Shown here piece by piece: positions 9,201 through 15,810 of a stretch of 24,000 nt of DNA. The notes under the pieces are model-generated. The model saw only the letters and a list, made by a program, of their open reading frames with translations. It was not told the DNA's origin and made no database searches. This DNA comes from Dehalococcoidales bacterium (lineage in GTDB: Bacteria; Chloroflexota; Dehalococcoidia; Dehalococcoidales; RBG-16-60-22): assembly GCA_034430575.1 (NCBI GenBank), contig DAOUDZ010000030.1, forward strand, positions 11,325-35,324, given 5' to 3'. Position 1 is the stretch's first letter; every line of letters starts with the position of its first letter. The translations under genes were made by a program, and so were the position numbers.

Positions 9201-9390
9201 TGATATCGTAATCAGCGATGTTAGTGCCGGGTGCCAGCACTGCGAAAGGAATAGCAGCTGGTGTGTCAGCTACTTTCATTTCCCAGTTCAGCGGGTCGGC
9301 AGCGGAAGTCGGGACGGCGGCAATAAACAGGCTGGAAAGCAGCACTACTATCAGGCCAACGCCCCAGAATTTAGTTATGAATTTTTTCAT
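6202..9390 (-). CDS. Large secreted cell-surface protein (1062 aa), paralog of 1445-4612: signal peptide, BNR/Asp-box repeats, two FN3-like modules, Pro/Ala-rich repeat stalk, C-terminal TM anchor
   Basis: Signal peptide MKKFITKFWGVGLIVVLLSSLFIAAVPTSAADP. Asp-box-like motifs INGGTSW, SLDYGNTW, SADGGTGRW, SVNAGFTW, TADGGTTW. Modules end YYWRVAA and YFWRVKA. The stalk contains VIEIPPAPPANVIEIPPAPAP. TM helix YIWAIIIIGAVLVIAVIVLIV is followed by RTRRSV. AAGGAG lies 13 nt upstream of the ATG. Confidence 0.85.
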   Translation of the reverse strand: MKKFITKFWGVGLIVVLLSSLFIAAVPTSAADPLNWEMKVADTPAAIPFAVLAPGTNIADYDINGMTMYAVTGVAPAPFSQAVMQSNNAGGWWSDISTRMPADIGTADYVAIAPDDPNVVVVADATPAAGLSAAITINGGTSWTSMGFIQDGTGTNLAGALNGVTISPMVTGGVRYIAAYGSDAAGAASVFYYNYGAGVGAWRDATDAAAATDFVTGPVVHATAVAYDDVAAFEFSPNFPSDWMASAILVDNGTAAVGAVDYHILSFNSRTWDTAVATLYPIIIKNGSAAATPGITVNKADLALLPDYDGSDESLRIAFAGLTILDGTTAGPSGGIWRCYDNAPAVKIYGSATLGQGTDIASVAFDGTNLAAGAYLTNNIFRSADPLATAPTFLPARTLKRIGIDDAAAFDTVLLKFDGETLYGGKIGDGSAISKSLDYGNTWNDYSLLDSSLTTIQDIYMTAGGNTWYLAATDGTKASVYRMSNFGVTRVLCELKGALNLILRGLDSDEDVIYAADMAGTVIYYSADGGTGRWYKRSSVPIAAIADLVVESAQVIYIGDPATVNVYKSVNAGFTWSLPMNCGLTGANTPFSMANLGENELVIGGTWGGVVYTADGGTTWRALLGVLNTFTPVYVAASGLGASDYVFAAETGAAVPAVWRCSLDPSNFLGEFKNMNAPAQGAATAEAITGIAYTDGVLYVLSSDATAGATSTYLNRTLAPTVPLAVHPAFFWGTQWVEAGLDFTDFWALKTSGGAPGSIMLYAVDQGDPPRTPNVYYYDDAVALGGPALIGPADNDRIDIVSPLTGAVAAVNFTWNRISLATGYDLFIALDDGFTELVVAPPIPVGTVALPNANDPVSRIQAGGTFLPGTTYYWRVAATLPIGSAFSETRSFVVQPTAASVPTIASPENGGSIDSTTPAFSWTPAAGATMYQFQLSTDPAFATTLMDEQLESAGILSSAALDRGTTYFWRVKALEPVDGDWSTVANFMIAEEAPAPAAPVVIEQVPAPVIEIPPAPPANVIEIPPAPAPEQIAPAYIWAIIIIGAVLVIAVIVLIVRTRRSV

Positions 9391-9599
9391 CGAATTTTAT
9401 TTTCTCCTTAAGGTCTTTGTGTTTATTTGAATATGCTATATCCCCGCAAACAGGCAATCGACTTTTATTTTTCTTGTTTGCAGAGATACATTCCCTTAGA
9501 AGCGATCATCAGAGAAACTGGCTCTGTCTCCCCTTGCGGGCTATAGTCATCGCATCACCTCCTTCCGTGCGTACCAACAACAAGGTACACTTCAATATA

Positions 9600-9627
9600 A
9601 CTATAGCATATGCTCGTTGTTTGTCAA
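9600..9627 (-). promoter_or_regulatory. Candidate sigma70-type promoter for the 6202-9390 surface-protein gene, implying a ~200-nt 5' leader
   Basis: The minus strand reads TTGACA (9627-9622), a 16-nt spacer, then TATAGT (9605-9600). This is the only strong -35/-10 pair I found in the 360-bp intergenic region. Confidence 0.45.
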
Positions 9628-9751
9628 GCCTTTCATACGGTAAATTAACATAAATTCATAAAAATCGCACGATTTGCAGTTCTTGACCGGCTTTTATCCG
9701 TTTATTATAACGTAAAACTCGTGAAAAGGATAGCAAGAAGATGTTAAATAA

Positions 9752-11008
9752 TTATGAAGATGCAGTCAGCCGCTCCGCCAGTTTGCCGATTGCCACCGTC
9801 TCCTGCCGGGCGTTGGCCATGTCCCGCAGGACCGCCGTGCCGGCTTTCACCTCTTCATCGCCGATTATCACCGTATAACCCACCCCGAGGGAGTTTGCCT
9901 GCCTCATCTGGGCCTTGAGGCTTTTACCGCCGGTGGTGGTCGCCGCGCTGACGCCCGCCTGCCTCAAGACGGCGGCCAGCCTTATCGCTTCTTCCCTGGC
10001 GGCGTCACCCAGGTAAGCGATGAGCACCTGCAGCACGGGTGAACCGGGCACTTCAACCCCCTCTTTCTTGAGATTGAGGATTATCCGCTCGATTCCCGCC
10101 GCAAAACCGATGGCCGGCGTGGGCTTGCCGCCCAGCTCCTCGATGAGGTCGTCGTACCTGCCGCCTCCCCCCAGCGTGCTCTGGGCGCCCTCTTCATCCG
10201 GCTGGATTTCAAAAACGGTACGGGTGTAGTAGTCCAGGCCGCGTACCAGGTGGTGATTAAGCTCGAAAGGAATTTTGAGCAGTCCCAGGTATCCCTGCAG
10301 TTTACTGAAATGCTCGTCGCACTCCGCGCAGAGGTGACCGACGCTCTTCGGGGCGGACGCCGCTATCTCACGGCATGACGCCTGCTTGCAGTCCAGGAGG
10401 CGCAGCGTATTCTTCTCCAGCCGCGTTTTACAATCGGCGCAAAGCCGGTCGACGTAACCTGCATAGTAGTCTTTAAGCGCGGCAAGATAGCCGGGACGGC
10501 ACTGCCGGCAGCCGATGCTGTTGAGCTGCAGCGAAAGTCCGGTCAGACCGAGCGACCTGTAGAATTGCCAGGCCATGTCTATTACCTCGGCGTCGAGGGC
10601 GGGGTCGGCCTCACCGATGGTCTCGTAGCCGAACTGGTAGTGCTGGCGGTAGCGGCCTGCCTGGGGACGGTCGTAGCGGAAGATGGGTGAGACATAGTAC
10701 AGCTTGACCGGCCGGGGCAGGTTCTGGAGGCCGTGCTGAATGTAGGCACGGCAAACCGGCGGAGTCCCCTCCGCTTTCAGTGTCAGGCTGTTGCCCCCGC
10801 GGTCGTCGAAGGTGTACATCTCTTTCTGGACGATGTCGGTGTACTCGCCGGTACCCCGTCGGAAAAGGCCGGTATCCTCGAAAACCGGCGTATCGATACG
10901 GTTGTACCCGTATAATCGGCTGATTTCGGCGATTCCCCGCTCGATATAGCGCCAGTAGGGTTGCTCCTCCGGGAGGATATCTGTTGTCCCGCGTACGTTC
11001 TGGTACAA
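9752..11008 (-). CDS. hisS: Histidine--tRNA ligase
   Basis: 418 aa with class II aaRS / HisRS motifs: RGTTDILPEE, FRYDRPQAGRYRQHYQFG, GGGGRYD, and a C-terminal anticodon-binding domain. The start codon is TTG (11008-11006). Confidence 0.93.
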   Translation of the reverse strand: MYQNVRGTTDILPEEQPYWRYIERGIAEISRLYGYNRIDTPVFEDTGLFRRGTGEYTDIVQKEMYTFDDRGGNSLTLKAEGTPPVCRAYIQHGLQNLPRPVKLYYVSPIFRYDRPQAGRYRQHYQFGYETIGEADPALDAEVIDMAWQFYRSLGLTGLSLQLNSIGCRQCRPGYLAALKDYYAGYVDRLCADCKTRLEKNTLRLLDCKQASCREIAASAPKSVGHLCAECDEHFSKLQGYLGLLKIPFELNHHLVRGLDYYTRTVFEIQPDEEGAQSTLGGGGRYDDLIEELGGKPTPAIGFAAGIERIILNLKKEGVEVPGSPVLQVLIAYLGDAAREEAIRLAAVLRQAGVSAATTTGGKSLKAQMRQANSLGVGYTVIIGDEEVKAGTAVLRDMANARQETVAIGKLAERLTASS

Positions 11009-11382
11009 TCTATCCCATTGCCTTTCTTGACATTTAGTGTCATTTCAGCGGAAGCTGGAATCCAGTCGGGGGGATAAGGGGACCAGATTCTCGGGTCAAG
11101 CCCGAGAATGACATTGTTATTTGGTTTCTTAAGGCTAGAATACAGGATTAACGCCGTATTTGTAAAGGGAGGGATATTTTTAAGATGTGAACCCTTCGGC
11201 CCCCAACATTTCTTATCTTTTCCCACCCTGCCGCCCTCGTATCATCGACGGCTTATCCCGTAGGATATACCCCCTCCCCTCATTTTACACACCTCCCCTT
11301 TTGGGATATACTGAAAATATATTGCTACCTTATATTATTAAAGGAGAAAGAACTCCCGGGTTCTGGCTTACGGTGCGGTGTA

Positions 11383-13596
11383 ATGGAATTCAGTAGACTG
11401 CTGGAAAAGGCCGCGGAATATATCCCGCCGGAGAAACTTTCCGTTGTAGAGAAAGCCTATGAATTCGCCGCTGAAAAGCACGCAGGACAGGTGCGTCTTT
11501 CCGGGGGTCCTTATCTGGACCACCCCTTGCAGACGGCCTATATCCTCGCCGAGCTTCAGTTCGATGCCGGCACCCTGGCGGCAGCCCTCCTGCACGATAT
11601 CCCGGAAGACACTGGCCTGCCCATAGAAGATATCAAAGCTAAATTCGGACCGGAGATAGCCAAACTGGTCGACGGCGCCACCAAGCTGGGCAAGGTTTCG
11701 CTGGTTACCACCGGCACCGGAGCCAGCGCGTCACAGGCGGAAAACTTGAGGAAGATGCTGGTGGCCATGGCCGAAGACCTTCGGGTGGTCTTCATCAAAT
11801 TGGCCGACCGACTTCACAATATGCGTACCCTGGACGCCCTGCCCAAGGACCGGCAGCTCGTTAACGCCCAGGAAACCCTGGAGATATACGCGCCGCTGGC
11901 GCACCGACTGGGAATATGGGAGCTTAAGTGGCAGCTGGAAGACCTTTCCTTTCAGTATTTACAGCCCCAGCAGTACCAGCGTATCGCCCGCCTGGTGGAT
12001 ACCGGACGCGCCAGGCGAGAGAAATTTATAGTCCGCGCCATTGAGCTTCTGAAGAAAGAGTTCGATAAGGTGGGCCTGGTCGCGGATATATCCGGTCGAC
12101 CCAAGCATATCTACAGCATACACCAGAAAATGGAAAGATACGCCGCTATGGGCCGGCACTTCGACGAGATATACGACCTTCTCGCCCTGCGAGTGCTCGT
12201 CGACGGCGTGCCCGAATGCTACAGCGCCGTCGGCGTCATCCACAGTCTGTGGCATCCCCTGCCCGACGCCTTTGACGATTATATAGCCAGTCCCAAGCCG
12301 AACGGCTATCAGGCGCTGCATACCGCGATAATGGTTCCCGGCACCACACCATTGGAAATTCAAATTCGCACCCGCGAGATGCACCATGTCGCCGAGTATG
12401 GCGTGGCCGCCCACTGGCGCTATAAAGAGGGCGAAAAGAGGGATATGCAGTTCGAGGACAGGGTGGCCTGGTTGCGCCAGCTTATCGAGTGGCACCGCGA
12501 GCTCGCCGGCGCCGAGGAATTTCTGGAGTCGGTCAAGACCGACATCTTTATCGACCAGGTTTTCGTTTATACCCCGAAAGGAGAGATAAAGGACCTGCCC
12601 CGTGGTTCCACGCCGCTCGATTTCGCCTACCGCGTCCATACGGACGTGGGACACCGCTGCGTTGGGGCCAAGGTAAACGGCAAGCTGGTTCCCTTTAGCT
12701 ATCAGCTCAAGAACGGGGACGTTATCGAGATTATCTCGGCGAAGGCCCCAAGGGGGCCGAGTCTGGACTGGCTCAACCCCAATCTGGGGTATGTCAACAC
12801 CTCACACGCCAAAACCAAGATAAGGCAGTGGTTCAATAAGCAGGAGCGGACGGAGAACATCGAGCGCGGCCGGCAGATTCTGGATAAAGAACTGCGGCGA
12901 CTTGGAATAAAGACCGAGCGCCAGATGCTGGCCGAGCTTTTTGCTTACAGCAGTTTGGACGACTTTCTGGCGGCGGTCGGCAATGGCACCGTCACCGCCC
13001 ATCAGATTGTCCTGAAACTGGCGGCGCAGGAGGAAAAAGAGATACCGTTGACTGCGGTCGCCCCGTCCCGGACAGCGCCGTCAACGGTACAGGTGCTGGG
13101 GGTCGGTGACCTGGTAACGAATATCGCCCCGTGCTGCCATCCCGTCCCCGGCGATAAGATAATCGGCTATATTACACGGAGTCGCGGCGTCACCATCCAC
13201 CGCGAGGACTGCCGCAATATCCGCCATGAAGATGAAAAGGAGAGGCTGATACCGGTGGAGTGGGGGCAGAGCGATGAACTCCTTTATCCGGTCAATGTAC
13301 AGGTAGAGGCCTGGGACAGGGTAGGCCTCATGCGCGATGTTACCACAGTGGTGGCCGAGGAGAAAGTGAATATCGCCTCGGTAAGCCTCACCGAGGGTGA
13401 CGGAAACACCATTACCATGTTTTTAACTCTGGAGACTAAGGGGCTGGCGCATTTAAGCCGGATTTTAAAAAAGATAGATGCCGTAAAAGGCGTGCTTAGC
13501 GTTACCCGCATCGGTGACGACGCATCCAGGCAGGGTGCCGCCGATTCCCCGGTTCCGTTAACCAGGGCCGAAGACAACGGCTCGGGTAAAAAATAA
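11383..13596 (+). CDS. relA: Bifunctional (p)ppGpp synthetase/hydrolase (RelA/SpoT homolog, long RSH)
   Basis: 737 aa. HD hydrolase motifs (HPLQTA, LLHDIPEDT, DRLHNMRTL). Synthetase motifs (PKHIYSIHQKM, DLLALRVLV, GYQALHT, EIQIRT..MH). TGS region (VFVYTPKGEIKDLPRGSTPLDFAY) and a C-terminal ACT-like domain. Confidence 0.93.
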   Translation: MEFSRLLEKAAEYIPPEKLSVVEKAYEFAAEKHAGQVRLSGGPYLDHPLQTAYILAELQFDAGTLAAALLHDIPEDTGLPIEDIKAKFGPEIAKLVDGATKLGKVSLVTTGTGASASQAENLRKMLVAMAEDLRVVFIKLADRLHNMRTLDALPKDRQLVNAQETLEIYAPLAHRLGIWELKWQLEDLSFQYLQPQQYQRIARLVDTGRARREKFIVRAIELLKKEFDKVGLVADISGRPKHIYSIHQKMERYAAMGRHFDEIYDLLALRVLVDGVPECYSAVGVIHSLWHPLPDAFDDYIASPKPNGYQALHTAIMVPGTTPLEIQIRTREMHHVAEYGVAAHWRYKEGEKRDMQFEDRVAWLRQLIEWHRELAGAEEFLESVKTDIFIDQVFVYTPKGEIKDLPRGSTPLDFAYRVHTDVGHRCVGAKVNGKLVPFSYQLKNGDVIEIISAKAPRGPSLDWLNPNLGYVNTSHAKTKIRQWFNKQERTENIERGRQILDKELRRLGIKTERQMLAELFAYSSLDDFLAAVGNGTVTAHQIVLKLAAQEEKEIPLTAVAPSRTAPSTVQVLGVGDLVTNIAPCCHPVPGDKIIGYITRSRGVTIHREDCRNIRHEDEKERLIPVEWGQSDELLYPVNVQVEAWDRVGLMRDVTTVVAEEKVNIASVSLTEGDGNTITMFLTLETKGLAHLSRILKKIDAVKGVLSVTRIGDDASRQGAADSPVPLTRAEDNGSGKK

Positions 13597-13609
13597 GTGG
13601 AGGTAGGTC

Positions 13610-13927
13610 TTGGTAAGTAAATCAGCAGAAAAACAGGCACGTGTTGCCTCGAGGAGGCAGCAGCGGAATAAGTCTGTCCGCAGCGAGGTGAAAACCGATA
13701 TCACCAGCGCGGAAAAACTTATCTTCGCCGGTGAACTCAAAGAAGCTCAAGAAGCCGTAAACAAAGCCGTCAGTAATCTGGATAAAGCGGCGGAGAAGCA
13801 GATATTGCACGCGAATAATACCGCCCGGCGTAAATCGAGGCTGCTCAAGAAGCTGAATCAGGCAGTGGCTCAATCGAAAGCCGAACCCATACCTGAACCC
13901 GAGCCTGAACCAGAAGAAGCTGCGTAG
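13610..13927 (+). CDS. rpsT: 30S ribosomal protein S20, with acidic Pro/Glu C-terminal extension
   Basis: TTG start with GTGGAGGT upstream. SKSAEKQARVASRRQQRNKSVRSEVKT...LDKAAEKQILHANNTARRKSRLLKKL matches the S20 pattern. The tail is AEPIPEPEPEPEEAA. Confidence 0.88.
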   Translation: MVSKSAEKQARVASRRQQRNKSVRSEVKTDITSAEKLIFAGELKEAQEAVNKAVSNLDKAAEKQILHANNTARRKSRLLKKLNQAVAQSKAEPIPEPEPEPEEAA

Positions 13928-13987
13928 TCGACCAGCTTCCGTAGTGAAGAAAATCCGTTGCGCTTTTCAGACTTAAAGAAGCCTGGC

Positions 13988-14131
13988 TTAATCCGAGGAA
14001 GGAATAGGCCGGGCTTCCTGGACTTCCATCGGCTGGTCACAGCAGGTAAGCTCACCAGCACCGGCTTTGGTGCATAACGCTTCAGTGCCACATTTCTGGC
14101 AACGATATCTTTTACCTAATTGGCTTGCCAC
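13988..14131 (-). CDS. Desulforedoxin-like small Fe(Cys)4-type protein (47 aa), second of a tandem pair
   Basis: Not in the ORF track (<60 aa). GGAGG lies 7 nt upstream of the GTG start (14131-14129). Translation: (M)ASQLGKRYRCQKCGTEALCTKAGAGELTCCDQPMEVQEARPIPSSD. The CxxC...CC spacing is as in desulforedoxin. Confidence 0.65.
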   Translation of the reverse strand: MASQLGKRYRCQKCGTEALCTKAGAGELTCCDQPMEVQEARPIPSSD

Positions 14132-14158
14132 TTTCTAACCTCCTGCAAACTGGGTTGA

Positions 14159-14278
14159 TTATTGCTTTTGCTCCATGGGCTGGCCACAGCAGGTGATGGT
14201 GCCATCGCCTCCCTTGGTGATAATCATCTCGGCACCGCACTTTGTGCAGCGGTACCTTTTTCCTACCTGATTTGCCAT
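14159..14278 (-). CDS. Desulforedoxin-like small Fe(Cys)4-type protein (39 aa)
   Basis: Not in the ORF track. GAGGTGG lies ~6 nt upstream of the ATG (14278-14276). Translation: MANQVGKRYRCTKCGAEMIITKGGDGTITCCGQPMEQKQ. This closely parallels the desulforedoxin pattern Y.C..CG..V.V...G.GTLVCCG..M. Confidence 0.75.
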   Translation of the reverse strand: MANQVGKRYRCTKCGAEMIITKGGDGTITCCGQPMEQKQ

Positions 14279-14314
14279 GTTGCACCACCTCTTTGAGAGA
14301 CTTTGTTCTTAATT

Positions 14315-14344
14315 ATTATAAGCCGAAACCGCAGGCATTGTCAA
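14315..14344 (-). promoter_or_regulatory. Consensus sigma70-type promoter for the desulforedoxin-like gene pair
   Basis: The minus strand reads TTGACA (14344-14339), an 18-nt spacer, then TATAAT (14320-14315). It lies ~35 nt upstream of the ATG at 14278. Confidence 0.6.
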
Positions 14345-14378
14345 AGCTGTTGCCCGGCAAATACCGTGAAAAGTACTA

Positions 14379-14406
14379 TTGACAAATACGGGGATAGGAG
14401 TATAAT
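14379..14406 (+). promoter_or_regulatory. Consensus sigma70-type promoter, divergent from the previous one, for ORF 14429-14656
   Basis: TTGACA (14379-14384), a 16-nt spacer, then TATAAT (14401-14406). Both hexamers are perfect consensus. Confidence 0.6.
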
Positions 14407-14428
14407 CAAAAGCGCCTGATTTGAGCCG

Positions 14429-14656
14429 ATGGATAGATATTTGCTGATAGGTGAGGGGAGAGCAAGGTTCCGGCGCATGAAGCTTAGTGTGGATGCGGCG
14501 GCCGTGACGGACGGCTTTAGGGTACTTGAGTATCTATTCGAAAGCGGCCCCGGGTCGATAGAAGAAATCAGCGCTTCTATCGGACTATCTTGGGAGCAAG
14601 TAGTCTCTCAACTACAGATATATATGAGCCACGGCATGGTGGAAGAACTGGACTGA
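14429..14656 (+). CDS. Small hypothetical protein, possible winged-helix DNA-binding fold (75 aa; alternative start at ATG 14477 gives 59 aa)
   Basis: The ORF lies directly downstream of a consensus promoter. The segment VLEYLFESGPGSIEEISASIGLSWEQVVSQLQIYMSHGMVEEL resembles HTH/wHTH recognition units. No convincing SD precedes either ATG, so the start is uncertain. Confidence 0.4.
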   Translation: MDRYLLIGEGRARFRRMKLSVDAAAVTDGFRVLEYLFESGPGSIEEISASIGLSWEQVVSQLQIYMSHGMVEELD

Positions 14657-14686
14657 TAGTAAGATGTGATAGTAAGATGAAAAAAG

Positions 14687-14710
14687 GAAGAGGGGCGTAA
14701 GCCCCTCTTC
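14687..14710 (-). terminator. Rho-independent terminator for the flavodoxin gene
   Basis: Hairpin GAAGAGGGGC-gtaa-GCCCCTCTTC. On the minus strand it is followed by CCTTTTTT, 20 nt after the flavodoxin stop at 14731. Confidence 0.7.
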
Positions 14711-14730
14711 AACATTCTGCGCGGTTGGTA

Positions 14731-15165
14731 CTATAGCTGGGCTATCTTCCCCCCCAGCTCTTCGCAGGCTTTCAGGTTCTCCGGCGTGGGTTCCCGCTGG
14801 ATGCCGATACTATCATAGAGTCTCTTCATGCCCATGTTATCGCAGATTTTCTCCACGGTTTCGATAGCCGGCATGCCTCCGCCTCCGTAGCTCCCGAAAG
14901 CCACGTAAGGCTTGCTGGCCATTTTCTCCCGGACGGTGGGCCAGGCGCGGTCGAAGAAGTCCTTGACCATCCCCGCCATGTAGCTGAAATTGTTAGGCGT
15001 GCCGAAGGCCACCACGTCACAATCGAGCAGGTCTTTATCATCGGCCTCGACGGCTTTCTTCAGAATTACCGTTGCGCCTGCCGCGCCGGCGCCCTCCGCC
15101 ACCGCCTTCGCCATCGCCTCGGTATTGCCGGTCTGGGAATGGTAAATGATGAGCACTTTTTTCAT
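14731..15165 (-). CDS. Flavodoxin (short-chain type)
   Basis: 144 aa. MKKVLIIYHSQTGNTEAMAKAV carries the FMN phosphate-binding loop (S.TGNTE). DVVAFGTPN and FGSYGGGG are also present. AAGGAGG lies 9 nt upstream of the ATG. Confidence 0.85.
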   Translation of the reverse strand: MKKVLIIYHSQTGNTEAMAKAVAEGAGAAGATVILKKAVEADDKDLLDCDVVAFGTPNNFSYMAGMVKDFFDRAWPTVREKMASKPYVAFGSYGGGGMPAIETVEKICDNMGMKRLYDSIGIQREPTPENLKACEELGGKIAQL

Positions 15166-15219
15166 TGTCGGGTATCCTCCTTAATAAGATGTGTACTCGA
15201 AGCTTAGCTACGGATATGA

Positions 15220-15249
15220 AGTATACCCTTGAATAAATATCTGTGTCAA
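15220..15249 (-). promoter_or_regulatory. Candidate sigma70-type promoter for the flavodoxin gene
   Basis: The minus strand reads TTGACA (15249-15244), an 18-nt spacer, then TATACT (15225-15220). Confidence 0.5.
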
Positions 15250-15315
15250 ACCGCCGTCCCTCTTTTGGCTATTTCCTCCGAAGTGTTATTGATAGCCGCC
15301 CGGTATTTAAGGGGT

Positions 15316-15690
15316 TTACGTCCCTACGGCCTGCGTAACTACTGTACTTGCACCTAAAACGGAAAAATATACCAGGAGCACGTTTCCAAGAGTTACGAGT
15401 CCTTTCTGGATTTTTTGATTCCAGGTCGTTTTCTGCTCCGGTTGTGTCGCGAAAGCGAACGCCACGATAATTATCACGGTAAATAACAGAGGCCACGCTT
15501 CGCCTGCGAAGGTAGTCCCCCAGAGGCGTTTAAAAAGTGCCCAGATACCGCTGATCAGGAAACAGGCGCCGGCGAACGTCCCCAGGGTAGCCCACGTGTA
15601 AAAGCGCTTGCCGACATTGGCTATCGGTCTTTCTGACTTCTGAGAGTCTCCGTCTTCCGGCGCTCTCTCTTGTTCTGGTTGAACGTTCAT
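15316..15690 (-). CDS. Hypothetical integral membrane protein (~124 aa, about 3 TM segments)
   Basis: Track ORF 15316-15696. I prefer the ATG at 15690, preceded by GGGGGGTGGGT. A charged N-terminus is followed by hydrophobic stretches: WATLGTFAGACFLISGIWALF, WPLLFTVIIIVAFAFA, LVTLGNVLLVYFSVLGASTVV. I recognise no family. Confidence 0.5.
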   Translation of the reverse strand: MNVQPEQERAPEDGDSQKSERPIANVGKRFYTWATLGTFAGACFLISGIWALFKRLWGTTFAGEAWPLLFTVIIIVAFAFATQPEQKTTWNQKIQKGLVTLGNVLLVYFSVLGASTVVTQAVGT

Positions 15691-15717
15691 ACCCACCCCC
15701 CTATGTTAATAATAGGA

Positions 15718-15746
15718 AAGATAGAACATAAACCATCCGTTGTCAA
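15718..15746 (-). promoter_or_regulatory. Candidate sigma70-type promoter for the membrane-protein gene
   Basis: The minus strand reads TTGACA (15746-15741), a 17-nt spacer, then TATCTT (15723-15718). Confidence 0.4.
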
Positions 15747-15810
15747 GCCCGGAATGTCGGTGCTGTATGGCCGGATGCCGCGTTATTATTCTCCCCGCCG
15801 CACTATCCTA

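Noticed and set aside
8602-9411. 269-aa plus-strand ORF, along with other plus-strand ORFs between 6184 and 9430
   Set aside because: It lies entirely antisense to the 1062-aa surface-protein gene. The product is Gly/Arg/His/Ser-rich low-complexity sequence, typical of shadow ORFs in high-GC DNA. No SD is present.
9551-9565. ATCACCTCCTT resembling the 3' end of 16S rRNA
   Set aside because: It is an isolated 11-mer with no surrounding rRNA sequence. It is simply the complement of a strong SD on the minus strand.
10783-11226. 147-aa minus-strand ORF spanning the hisS start
   Set aside because: It overlaps 226 nt of hisS in another frame, starts at GTG with no SD, and has no recognisable motifs. 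Its intergenic part is noted only under the intergenic-region finding.
11009-11250. T-box or other riboswitch leader upstream of hisS
   Set aside because: The minus-strand leader lacks the conserved T-box sequence (…GGTGGTACCGCG-like) and a specifier-loop arrangement. Only a generic hairpin is present.
11959-12654. 231-aa minus-strand ORF
   Set aside because: It is antisense to the conserved synthetase domain of relA/spoT and has no recognisable motifs.
13870-14091. 73-aa minus-strand track ORF
   Set aside because: It is out of frame with the 47-aa desulforedoxin-like CDS (13988-14131), which has an SD and a CxxC...CC motif. It also overlaps the rpsT 3' end antisense, and its product is low-complexity.
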